Positions 1-9,170 of a stretch of DNA of 14,251 nucleotides are shown here, one piece after another. The stretch is from NCBI RefSeq assembly GCF_018420025.1, contig NZ_JAEDAM010000023.1, positions 1-14,251 of the forward strand, read 5' to 3'. How positions within the stretch are numbered: the first letter of the stretch is position 1; each line of letters opens with the position of its first letter. Made by a program: the position numbers and the translations under genes. Origin of the DNA: Candidatus Vampirococcus lugosii. GTDB taxonomy: Bacteria; Patescibacteriota; Gracilibacteria; Absconditabacterales; Absconditicoccaceae. The notes under the pieces are model-generated. The model made no database searches and was not told the origin of the DNA. It saw only the letters and a program-made list of their open reading frames with translations.

Positions 1-173
1 TTTAAAAATTTAGAAAATCCAGCAACAATATTTTTATCCTTTGTTCATTTACTATTTTTAAAAGAATATCTACTTATTTCTGATAAAGAAATATCTTTTG
101 TTTTCAAAAATCACTGTACTATATCTTTTATTAGTTTATTTGTAATTATATGTAAGTTTATATAATTTATCAT
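1..173 (-). CDS. hypothetical protein, partial (3' end runs off the left window edge)
   Basis: ATG at 173-171. The minus frame is open under table 25 (two in-frame TGA) down to position 3. Begins MINYINLHIITNKLIKDIVQGFLKTKDISLSEISRYSFKNSKGTKDKNIVAGFSKFL. The sense strand is A-rich like the other genes here. It overlaps the upstream small ORF by 38 nt. No recognisable motif. Confidence 0.35.
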
Positions 174-327
174 ACATATTTTCTACAGAATTAGAAATTT
201 CTTGTTCAAAATTCTTTAAATTTAACAGTTTTTTTATATAATTCATTTTCTTATATTTTATTAATTTTAAAGCATTTAAACTTAATTTTAATGCCTCCTT
301 TATACATATTTTTTCATAAATTTCCAT
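136..327 (-). CDS. small hypothetical protein (63 aa from the ATG; 66 aa if the GTG at 336-334 is used)
   Basis: Complete ORF with a TAA stop at 138-136 and no internal TGA. The ATG at 327-325 is preceded by AAAGGTGGA, 4 nt upstream. Sequence MEIYEKICIKEALKLSLNALKLIKYKKMNYIKKLLNLKNFEQEISNSVENMYDKLYKLTYNYK contains no Gly or Pro and is probably all-helical. No family recognised. Confidence 0.45.
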   Translation of the reverse strand: MEIYEKICIKEALKLSLNALKLIKYKKMNYIKKLLNLKNFEQEISNSVENMYDKLYKLTYNYK

Positions 328-331
328 TAAT

Positions 332-340
332 TCCACCTTT
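332..340 (-). promoter_or_regulatory. Shine-Dalgarno-like ribosome binding site (AAAGGTGGA)
   Basis: Plus-strand tccaccttt is AAAGGTGGA on the minus strand, followed by ATTA and then ATG. It is the only clear purine-rich SD I could find upstream of any start codon in this window. Confidence 0.5.
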
Positions 341-446
341 TTTATTTATTCTTTTTATTAGTTCTTAATTAACTTTTCAAGCTTTTTTTATCTTTATTAC
401 TGCAGAAGGTTAGATTAATTAAATTTTAAAAAGATATAAAAATAAT

Positions 447-1301
447 TTACAATAATTTAAGTTTTAATATTTTAATATTAAAATGAAATGTTTTCATTAC
501 TTCAAAATCAAAATATTTTCAATATTCATTTTTTAATATTTCTATTTGATTAGTCATCATTTCCAAAAACATAGTAAATTCAAATTTATCAAGATCTAAT
601 TTTATAATTTGTTCAAACATTTCTCTATATAAATTTAATCAATCATTTCATCATACAAAAGCTATTCTCGGCTCCCACAATTTAACATTATCTTCTACAT
701 CATTATCAAAAGTATTATCTGGAATATATGGCAAATTTCCTATAATAATATTTTCATTATTTTTATAATTTTCAATATTTTCAATAAATTTTTCCAACAA
801 ATTACTTTTACATATTTTTACATTTTCATTTTTTATCAAAATATTTTTATTTATCTGTGCAACTTCCAAAGCTTTTTCACTAATATCAGTAAATATTGCT
901 TGTTGTATATTTTGTATATTATGATAAATTGTGCTTATTCATAGAACTCATGATCAAGTTCATATATCAATTATATTAAATTTTTTATTATTAGATTGTA
1001 TATATTCATTTATAGATTGAATCATATATTCAGTTTCAGGGCGAGGAATTAATGTATTTTCATTTACATAAAATTTAACTCACAAAAATTCTACATATCA
1101 TAATATATATTCCAAAGGTTTATTATTATTTTGATAATCTTTATATTGTTGATCAATTTTTTCATAAACTTTTTTTTCTATTTCATTTTCATATTTTTTG
1201 AATAAATCTTCTTTATTTATATTCAAATTATGGCATATCAAACTTGAAATAACTTTTTTATATTTATATTCAGGATTTGATATTAAATCAATTATTTTCA
1301 T
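447..1301 (-). CDS. prmC: peptide chain release factor N5-glutamine methyltransferase (HemK/PrmC), 284 aa
   Basis: The table-25 ORF joins the track fragments 651..869 and 1098..1301, which share one frame. Motifs: PLEYILGYVEFLGVKFYVNENTLIPRPETE; SAM-binding IIDIGTGSGVLG, with all four Gly encoded by TGA (939-962); GNLPYIP where NPPY is expected; WEPRIAFVGGNDGL. TAA stop at 449-447. Confidence 0.9.
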
Positions 1302-1304
1302 ATT

Positions 1305-3242
1305 TTATTTTCTAATAGTATTTAAAATTTTTGCTACTTCTGCTCTTGTAATATTTTTATCAGGTTGTAGATATCTTTCACCAAATTTATCAAGTTCTAT
1401 TCAATAATCAATCAAAATATTTGAATATTTTCTATCTTCTTTTTCAACATCCCGATAATGTCTATCAGTATTTTTAGCTTTTAATCAAGTTATATGACTT
1501 AACATTTTCATAAAATCTAATCTACTTATTTTATTAAATCTTGATCATTTATAATCTTTTGCTATAGGATAAAAAGTTGTTTTGATTAAATTACTTGCAT
1601 CTTGTTCATTAATATCAAATCAAGGAGCAAAATTGCCTTGTCTATAATTTGTAAAATATCATTTTTTAAGTCAATTTAATATATCTTTTCTAAATTTAGT
1701 ATTTGAATCAATATCTTTTGGCAATATAATATTTTTTAATTTTGATGATCATATTTTTTGATTTCCTTTATATAAATTAAGTATAGACTTTCATTTTTCT
1801 ATGGGAGCTATTTTAAATAAAAATAATCCTTCTAATGTATCTTTATATCAAAATTTTATTTCATCTTGCCAGTTTTTAGGTCAACATTTAATTGTTTTTA
1901 TTTTACTAATATCTCTTATAGAATTGATTCACATAGGACAAATTTTTATATTTTCATTTGATTTTAATGTAAAATTTCATTCATAAGGAACTGATATAAT
2001 ATTAGAATTATTTGAATCTTTCATAATAATTAATCAATCATTTGTTGATCAAATATAATTAGTTCATAAATTATATAATAATCATCTATTTGCTTGTAAT
2101 ACTGTTCAATCATCAACTACTCTTATAGGTATATTTCAAATAATTTTTCCTCATATTTTTATAATTAATCTAGTATGACCAGCTCAAACTGCATTAACAT
2201 GAATTTTTCTTTTTCAATCATTTACCGCAATAACTTTAGTAGGTGATGCTTTAATTACATCCGAATTAAAACTAACTTCCAAATCCATAGGAAGGGATCA
2301 GTTAAAAGGTCTATTTCTAAATAATACTGATAAATCTATTGTTCAATTTTCTCAAACTTTCATTGTATTACCAGGAATATTTGATTTAACTTGCATAGGA
2401 TATCTAGCCAAGAATAATTCTAATTCTGTGAGCATAATTTTTTCTCTTGTTACTATTTCATCTTTTGAAATATGTTCTTCTTTTTTTATGATTTCTTGTA
2501 CATATTCATCTTCTTCTTTTTTTGTTTGTGCTTGTTTTGGTGCATAAGATGCTCAATTTGATTCCAAAAATTTAATTGGATCTATTGTATTTTTTATCAT
2601 TTGTTCTCTACATAATCATTTATTTACTATATCTGCATTTGATCAAATGCAATTTATATAATACCAAGGATGTCTATTATTTTTATTTGTATCTATTTGG
2701 AAATGAACATGATTTCCCCGACTATTTCAAGTAGTTCATATAGTTCATATTCTTTGTCAAGAATTTACTTTTTGTCAAGGACTTACTTGTATATTATACA
2801 TATGTGCATATATACTTCTTATTTGTGATCCTTTAAATTCATGTCTAATAACTACTGTATTTCACCATGATGGAAGAAATTTTGCTATTTCTACTGTTCA
2901 TTCTCAAATTGAATAAAGTGGAGTTCATTGAGCACTTGCTATATCAACTCATGCATGTCATCAATATCAAATATCCCAACCTCATTTATATGTTGCTCAC
3001 CACAAAATTGAATATATCAAACGATAATTCATAGTATCTTTGTATTTTGAATAATTTGTATTTTCAATTATAGGTAAAGGCATTTTACATTCTTCTCAAG
3101 TCGCATTCCAATTTTGAAACTTACATTCTACAGTTGGTTTACTTACTTGTTTTACAGGATATTTAAGATCTAATGAATAAGTAAATCAAATTAATATTAA
3201 TTTGATAATTAACATATTAAATATTAATTTTTTTTTAATCAT
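1305..3242 (-). CDS. secreted or anchored M23 (LytM-type) metallopeptidase with a Big2-like Ig domain and C-terminal SLH repeats, 645 aa
   Basis: All 646 triplets checked; no in-frame TAA or TAG. Hydrophobic N-terminus MIKKKLIFNMLIIKLILIGF. M23 motifs GYGGHAGVDIA (HxxxD), GNTVVIRH, SIYAHM and GTIGTTGNSRGNHVHFQID (HxH). Big2-like segment SPTKVIAVNDGKRKIHVNAVGAGHTRLIIKIGGKIIGNIPIRVVD. SLH-like C-terminus YRDVEKEDRKYSNILIDYGIELDKFGERYLQPDKNITRAEVAKIL. The stop lies 3 nt upstream of the prmC start, so they are probably co-transcribed. Confidence 0.85.
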
Positions 3243-3457
3243 TTTTTTGTTTTATATTTAAAATAAGAGAAATTTGAATTAATTTTTTAAAAATTATAAA
3301 AATATATCTTAATGTTTATATATAATTTTTCAAGATAAAATTTACTAATCATCTATTAAATTAAGGATTTTTGATAAAATAAAAAATTATATATTATATA
3401 AATTTAAATAATTTTTGTTTACAAATATGTGTTTCAAAATAAAAAAACTTTATTTTT

Positions 3458-3484
3458 TTGAATAAATCATTATATACATATAAT
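3458..3484 (+). promoter_or_regulatory. candidate sigma70-type promoter (TTGAAT, 15 nt spacer, TATAAT)
   Basis: Hexamers at 3458-3463 and 3479-3484, 45 nt upstream of the ATG at 3529. The spacer is short, and such matches are easy to find by chance in this AT-rich background. Confidence 0.2.
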
Positions 3485-3528
3485 TTAGTGAAAAAGTTTA
3501 TTTTAAATCAAAAAACATTTTTTCAAAA

Positions 3529-4479
3529 ATGGCTAAAAAAATTATTTCAATTGTGATACCTTTTTATAATGAAGAAGGTAATATAATTCCATTATATAAA
3601 GAAATATCAAGTTCTTTATTAAAAGATTTTGTAAATTTTGATTATGAGATTATCATGATTAATGATTGATCAAATGATAATACTTGGCAAGAAATTCAAG
3701 AAGTAAAAAAACTTGATTCAAATATTGTTTGAATAAATCTTAATAGAAATTATTGACAATCTATAGCTATGGATGCTTGACTACAAAAAGTAAATTGAGA
3801 AATTATAGCTACTATTGATTGAGATGGTCAAAATGATCCTCAAGATATAAAAAAACTTTATGATAAAATGATTGATGAAAATTTGGATTTGGTAGCTTGA
3901 TGGAGAAATAAAAGAAAAGATCCAACTTGGATGCTTGTTATTACCAAAACAGCTAGATTTTTGAGAAGAATAATGATAAACGATTGAGTTCATGATAGTT
4001 GATGTACTCTTAGAATCTATAAAAAAACTGTTATAAATAATCTTTATCTATGGGCAGAAATGCATAGATATATTATTGCTATTTCAAAAATGAATGGTTT
4101 TAAAATATGAGAATTGAAAGTAAATCATAGAGCAAGAACAATAGGTACTTCAAAATATAATTGGAAAAAATCTATAAAATGACTTATAGATTTGTTTTAT
4201 ATTTGGTTTGTTGCAAAATATGAATCAAGACCTTTACATCTTTTTGGTTTTGTCTGATGAATAAATTTTGTAATTTGAAATATATTTTTATTTTATTCAA
4301 TTTATCAAAAAATTTTTGATTGAATTTCTTTAAATAGAAGTTGATGGTTGATACTTGGTATATTTTTGATTCAAATTTGAGTTATTATTTTTATTTTTGG
4401 TATCATAATAGATCTTATGATTAGAAATTATTACAATACTTCTAGAGATAAAAGATATATAATAAGAGAAGAAGTTTAA
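3529..4479 (+). CDS. family 2 glycosyltransferase, polyprenyl-phosphate sugar transferase type (GtrB/DPM1/ArnC-like), 316 aa
   Basis: Triplet-checked ORF. Motifs: ISIVIPFYNEEGNI, IIMINDGSNDNT, NRNYGQSIAMDAG, ATIDGDGQNDPQD, two C-terminal hydrophobic helices, then RYIIREEV. By hand count it has 17 in-frame TGA against 7 GGN codons. Confidence 0.9.
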
Positions 4480-4586
4480 AAGTTTGAAAGTGAAAAAGCT
4501 AAAATAGTTTATTAAAACATTAATATAACAAAAATTATTATTTTAGTATCTTTATAGATGTATAAAAATTAGGATTAAAAAAATAC

Positions 4587-4614
4587 TTGAAATAATAAAA
4601 TATTTATTTATAAG
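4587..4614 (+). promoter_or_regulatory. candidate promoter (cTTGAAA, 16 nt spacer, TATAAG)
   Basis: Hexamers at 4587-4592 and 4609-4614, 35 nt upstream of the ruvX ATG. Confidence 0.3.
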
Positions 4615-4648
4615 TAAAATTATGTTTTATTAATGTAAAATATTTTTT

Positions 4649-5041
4649 ATGAAAAAAAATAGAAGTATATTATGAATAGATTGGTGAAGTAAATATATAT
4701 GAATATCTTATAAATTAAGTGATAATGAAACTATACTTCCCATTTGATATATGATAAATGATGCATCATTTCTATTTTATTTTGGTGAAGTATTAATTAA
4801 ATATAATGTAGAAAAAATAATAATATGATATCCTAATAATAATGAAAAAATACAAGAAAGTATTGATAATTTTATTAAACAATTAGATTTGATCGTATCA
4901 GAAGATGTGGAAATTATCAAACAAAATGAAGATTATTCAACTACAAAAGCATGAGAGATAATGTGAAATTATAGAAAAAATGAAACTACAGATACTATAG
5001 CTTCAATGGAAATATTGAAAGAATATTTAGATGAAACATAA
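4649..5041 (+). CDS. ruvX: YqgF/RuvX family putative pre-16S rRNA nuclease / Holliday junction resolvase-like protein, 130 aa
   Basis: MKKNRSILGIDWGSKYIGISY (the GxDxG..riG motif, with W as TGG and G as TGA side by side at 4682-4687). Also KIIIGYPNNN, QNEDYSTTKAGEIM and TDTIASMEILKEYLDE. TAA stop. Confidence 0.85.
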
Positions 5042-5120
5042 AACTAACTTGAAATAAAATATAAAATCATTATCTATTAATGTATATACTTTACATATTA
5101 TATTTTAACATAAATAATAA

Positions 5121-6206
5121 ATGACTTTTAAAGCAAAAATGGATGATAAAAAAATAAGTGTAGATTTGGATTTAACGACGATTAAAGATGTTTTGCAATA
5201 TTGTAAACCCAAAGAACAATTAGTTTTATTCAAAAAATTTTGATTAAGTTGAAATAAAGAAATTCCATTGCAAAAAATATGAAATGATTATTGATTAACT
5301 AGAGAAAGAGTAAGACAAATAGAATCTCAATGACTTATGAAATTTAGAAGATTAATAGTTTGAAATGAAAGATATATTAAACTTATAAAAGAAGCAACTA
5401 AACTTCTTAAGTCTAATTGATGAATTTTATCAGAAGATAATTTAATATCAAAATTAATTAATAAGTGAAATTTAGATTTTAGAAGTGAAGAAATTAAATT
5501 AGTTTTAGTGTCGGATTTTGATCTGTATTATTTAAAAAGAAATAAAATTTTAAAAAAATCATTTTATTTGGATCCTATATTTGAGGATTTATTAGAAAAA
5601 ATTTCTAAATATTGTGTTGAGTATTTTGAAAAAAAATGAGATTCTGAAGATGTTTACAATTTTGTAGATATTTTAAAAAAACATTTTGAAAATAAATATT
5701 GAAATATTGAATATATACAAAATAATGTTTTTTATATAAATTTATTTAAGTTGATTAAATGAATAAGTGTTTTTGATGGTAAAATATGATTAGATAGTTT
5801 TATATCAGTAAATCCCAAAACTATAAAACAAAAAATTGAATATATATTGGAAAAGGAAAATAATCCATTGCATTATCAAGATATTTCTTCCAAGATAATT
5901 GACTGGTTCAATAAGCCTGTAAAAGTAAATACAGTTCATAATGAATTAGTAAAAAATTCAAATATATTTGTTAATATGTGACTTTGAATTTATTGATTGA
6001 GTAAATGGTGATATAAATGATGAACAGTAAAAGAAATAATAGAAAGAATTCTATTGACATCAAATAGACAAATGACAATAAAGGAAATAACAAAAGAAGT
6101 TTTGAAGGAAAAAATGATAAGTCCTAATACTATAATATTGACTTTACAAAAACATCAAGATATATTTCATAGAGTATGAAAATGAATGTATCAAATTAAA
6201 AAATAA
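5121..6206 (+). CDS. DNA-binding protein with N-terminal sigma70 region 4 HTH and C-terminal HARE-HTH-like winged helices, 361 aa
   Basis: Triplet-checked ORF. N-terminus: KPKEQLVLFKKFGLSGNKEIPLQKIGNDYGLTRERVRQIESQGLMKFRR, a classic region 4.2 pattern. C-terminus: IEYILEKENNPLHYQDISSKII...VHNELVKNSNIFVNMGLGIYGLSKWGY (pattern resembling the RNA polymerase delta N-terminal HARE-HTH), then a second wHTH-like unit IIERILLTSNRQMTIKEITKEVL...IFHRVGKGMYQIK. An alternative in-frame ATG is at 5139. Confidence 0.7.
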
Positions 6207-6245
6207 ATAAAATATTTAAAAAATTTGACTTTTAAATTAAATTTT

Positions 6246-6318
6246 GCCCGAGTAGCTCAGCAGGTAGAGCACTTCCATGGTAAGGAAGAGGTCGCCAGTT
6301 CAAGTCTGGTCTTGGGCT
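6246..6318 (+). tRNA. tRNA-Thr (anticodon GGT)
   Basis: 73 nt cloverleaf folded by hand. Acceptor stem GCCCGAG/CTTGGGC (one G-U), D stem GCTC/GAGC, anticodon stem CTTCC/GGAAG with loop ATGGTAA, 5 nt variable loop, T stem GCCAG/CTGGT with loop TTCAAGT, discriminator T. No encoded CCA. It is a GC-rich island in AT-rich surroundings. Confidence 0.9.
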
Positions 6319-6433
6319 ATTTTAGAATTTAAAATATTTTTTGTTGATTAAATTTTAAAGTATTTTTAATTTAAAATTAAATTTATGTAAGTTAATTTTT
6401 TGTAAAAAAATAATTTATTTTTAAAAGTAAATA

Positions 6434-7372
6434 ATGTATAATTTTATATTATACTGATCATATTTAGTATTTCCATTTTTATTTTTTTTAATTTTTTTAT
6501 TTTTAAAAAAGAAAAAACTTTTTTTAAAAAATAAATTTTTATTAATAATTTTGATTTTATTTTTTTTACTTTCTTTATTGTTTATATATTCAAGATTTGT
6601 AGAAAGAAATTTAATTTTTATTAAAACAACAAAAATTAATGTTTGATTTAATGCAAAATTAGTTGTTGTTTGAGATATGCATCTATGAATATATAAAGAT
6701 GAAAAATTTTTGACAAAAGTTGTTAAGAAAATAAATAACATAAAAAATGTTGATGCAGTTTTGATCCCAGGTGATTTTACATATCATCCAAATAAAGATT
6801 TAAATAAATTATTTTCTCCTCTAAAAAATATAAAAGTTCCAGTTTATGCAGTTCTTGGAAATCATGATAGCAAAAAACTTGGTTCATTAATTCAAAATCA
6901 ATTACAAAAAACTTTGGAAAATAATAATGTAATATTTCTTCATAATACAAGTAGTATTATTGAAAATAAAAATATAAAAATTCTTTGACTTGGAGATAAA
7001 TGGGCAAATGAAGATGATATTTCAAAAATTAACAATTTTTTAAGTGAAGATAATTTAATTGTTTTGACACATAATCCAGATACAAGTATTTTTTATGAAA
7101 ACTCTATTCCAGATCTTACTATAGCAGGACATACACATGGTGGTCAAATTCGTATCCCTTTTATATATAAAAAAAAGATTCCATGTATATATGATTTTAA
7201 TCAAGGTTTGTATGAATTAATTCCTCATCATGTTTCTATTCAGTCAACTAAAAATATTGTTTTTACACAAAATCATTATGGAAAAGTTTTTGTAACAGCA
7301 GGTATTTGAGAAACAGGTTTACCTATGAGATTATTAATTCCTCCAACTATAGAAATTTTAAATTTAAAATAA
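6434..7372 (+). CDS. membrane-anchored calcineurin-like metallophosphoesterase (YkuE/YaeI-like), 312 aa
   Basis: Joins track ORFs 6710..6988 and 7064..7309 and extends upstream to the ATG at 6434. Hydrophobic N-terminus. Motifs KLVVVGDMHLG, AVLIPGDFT, AVLGNHD, LTHNPD and AGHTHGGQIR. TAA stop at 7370-7372. Confidence 0.85.
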
Positions 7373-7464
7373 TTATCGTTTTCTATATGATTAATTTTTA
7401 ATAATTGTTTTTTACATTATTTAGATTTTAAATAGTCTATTATAAATAAAAAAATAATTTTCTC

Positions 7465-7492
7465 TTGAAAAATAATATATAAATAGTATATT
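7465..7492 (+). promoter_or_regulatory. candidate promoter (cTTGAAA, 16 nt spacer, TATATT)
   Basis: Hexamers at 7465-7470 and 7487-7492, 40 nt upstream of the ATG at 7532. Confidence 0.3.
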
Positions 7493-7531
7493 CTAATTTA
7501 TTAATTTAGAATTAAATAAATATTTGATAAA

Positions 7532-7975
7532 ATGAGAGTTTTCGTACCAAGACATATATCTTGATGAATGTTTAATATGAATTTATCAATTGGTCCATTA
7601 ACTATTTCTATGATACAGTTAGCTATATTGGCATTTGGTGCTGTTATATGTCTTTTGTTATGGCAATGACTTTCTTCTTCGTGAATAGATTGAGTAGCAG
7701 CATTTGTTATAATTTTACCTGTTATTATTATTTTTATAGTAATAACATTTTTTAAGATTTCGGAACTAGCTCTTCTTCCTTTTATTGCTAAATTGTTGAG
7801 AACTTATTTTTTTGATGAAGTTCGTAAATTTCAAACTTGAAAAAAAATTGTAGATCCTCAAAAAGTTCTTTTATTAAGGATTAAACAATCTAAACCTGAA
7901 CAAATTGTAACAACTAAAAAAAATACTAGAATAAAAAATGATAAAATTTCAAAAATGGATGATATGTTTAACTAA
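7532..7975 (+). CDS. small two-TM membrane protein, PrgI-family-like (type IV secretion associated), 147 aa
   Basis: Triplet-checked ORF. MRVFVPRHISGGMFNMNLSIGPLTISMIQLAILAFGAVI, a second TM helix, then LALLPFIAKLLRTYFFDE and a basic tail. The VP(Q/R)xI...G-P-L-T...Q opening and two-helix topology recall PrgI family proteins common in CPR genomes. The CDS call is solid; the family call comes from memory of the pattern only. Confidence 0.5.
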
Positions 7976-8005
7976 ATAAATTTAATTTTTTATAGTCAAG
8001 TTTTT

Positions 8006-8977
8006 ATGAATTTAATTGATTTTATATATTTGGATTTGTCAAATTGGTATATTTCTGTCTTTGGTATGTTTTTAGTACTTTTTTTAATGTTTATTTTATA
8101 TTTTTTTAAACATCATTTTGTAGTTCCATTTAGTAAAGTTTTTCATTTTAGATTTATTTCTGAAAAATTATTGTTATTTGTAATATTAATTATATTGTTT
8201 ATATTGCCTCTAAATCCGTCTCTTATTTGAGATAGAGTTGAAGAGGTTGAAAATGTATCAAATATTCAAATACTTTTTGATGTTAGTTTATCTATGGTGG
8301 TTGATGATATGAAACCTTCTAGATTTAAAGTTGCTAAAGATTCTTTATATGAATTTGTAGATAGTTTACATTGATATAATATTTGAATAATTATATATTC
8401 ATGAATTCCTTTTAATTGGTTACCATTTACTACTGAAACAAATGCAGTATTATCAAAAATTGACGATTTTAATCTTTCAGAATTTCCTCCTACTATGTCT
8501 TTTGTATGAACTGCTGTTTGAGATGCTATTTATTTGGGATTAGATAATTTATTTAGATTATATTGAGAGGGTAGTAATCCTTGATCTATAATATTAATTA
8601 CTGATTGAGATACTAATAAATGAACAGATCCTGAACAAGCTGCAAAATATGCAGATGCTTTATGAATACCTATTTATTGAATTTGAATTTGAAAAACTAA
8701 TCAAAATGTATGAACAGATAGTCGATGACTTTGAGTTGCTGCTAAATTTAATTTTTCATTATTAGAAGATATTATTTCACATACTGATTGAAAAGCATAT
8801 CATGTTACTTCTTCTCAAGAATTACAAGAAGTTTTTGATTCTATTAAAAATGAAATTAAAGAAAATGAAGTGGTTGTATACAAAAATGAAATTATTCCAT
8901 TATCATATTATTTATATTTTATTCTTTCTATTTTGATTACAATATTAGTTTTAATTAGATTTTCTTCTATATATTAA
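8006..8977 (+). CDS. BatA-like von Willebrand factor A domain membrane protein, 323 aa
   Basis: Extends track ORF 8006..8230 through TGA codons. Two N-terminal TM helices and a MIDAS-type motif ILFDVSLSMVVDDMKPSRFKVAKDSL. Also GTAVGDAIYLG, IILITDGDTNKG, GIPIYGIGIG and a C-terminal TM. Starts 30 nt after the previous gene. Confidence 0.85.
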
Positions 8978-9119
8978 ATTGTATAATTATATCTTTTCGT
9001 TTTAAAATAAAATTTAGTGATGTTTTTTTATAGTAATTTTTTTTGATTATAAAGATTAGATTGAATAAAAAATATTTAACATTTCATAAATAAGATTAGA
9101 TGAAATTTATTGAAAAAAG

Positions 9120-9149
9120 TTATCTTTTATTTATATAAATATTTAGTTT
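9120..9149 (+). promoter_or_regulatory. candidate promoter (TTGAAA, 18 nt spacer, TATAAA)
   Basis: Hexamers at 9120-9125 and 9144-9149, 22 nt upstream of the ATG at 9171. Confidence 0.25.
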
Positions 9150-9170
9150 TAAAATTTATTATAAATAATA

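Noticed and set aside
1-171. Plus-strand frame 1 is open from the window edge to TAA at 169-171, possibly the C-terminus of a plus-strand gene
   Set aside because: The plus strand here is T-rich. The product has no Gly and reads like an antisense shadow. The complementary minus frame has an ATG, uses TGA as Gly, and has composition like the other genes. Confidence in either reading is low.
3243-3528. 286 bp divergent AT-rich intergenic region as a possible replication origin
   Set aside because: I found no DnaA-box-like TTATCCACA or TGTGGATAA matches and no dnaA or dnaN nearby. It is more simply a pair of divergent promoters.
3781-3993. Track ORF of 70 aa on the minus strand. The same issue applies to the minus-strand ORFs 6421..6741, 10696..10878, 11121..11351 and 12508..12750, and the plus-strand ORFs 1198..1407 and 1801..1986.
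   Set aside because: All lie antisense inside long table-25 ORFs that carry clear family motifs. Their products are low-complexity and F/I/L-rich, typical of shadow frames in AT-rich DNA.
6225-6230. TTGACT just upstream of tRNA-Thr as its -35 element
   Set aside because: It lies only 15 nt from the first tRNA nucleotide, leaving no room for a -10 element. The tRNA is more likely processed from the upstream gene's transcript or driven by a promoter I cannot see.
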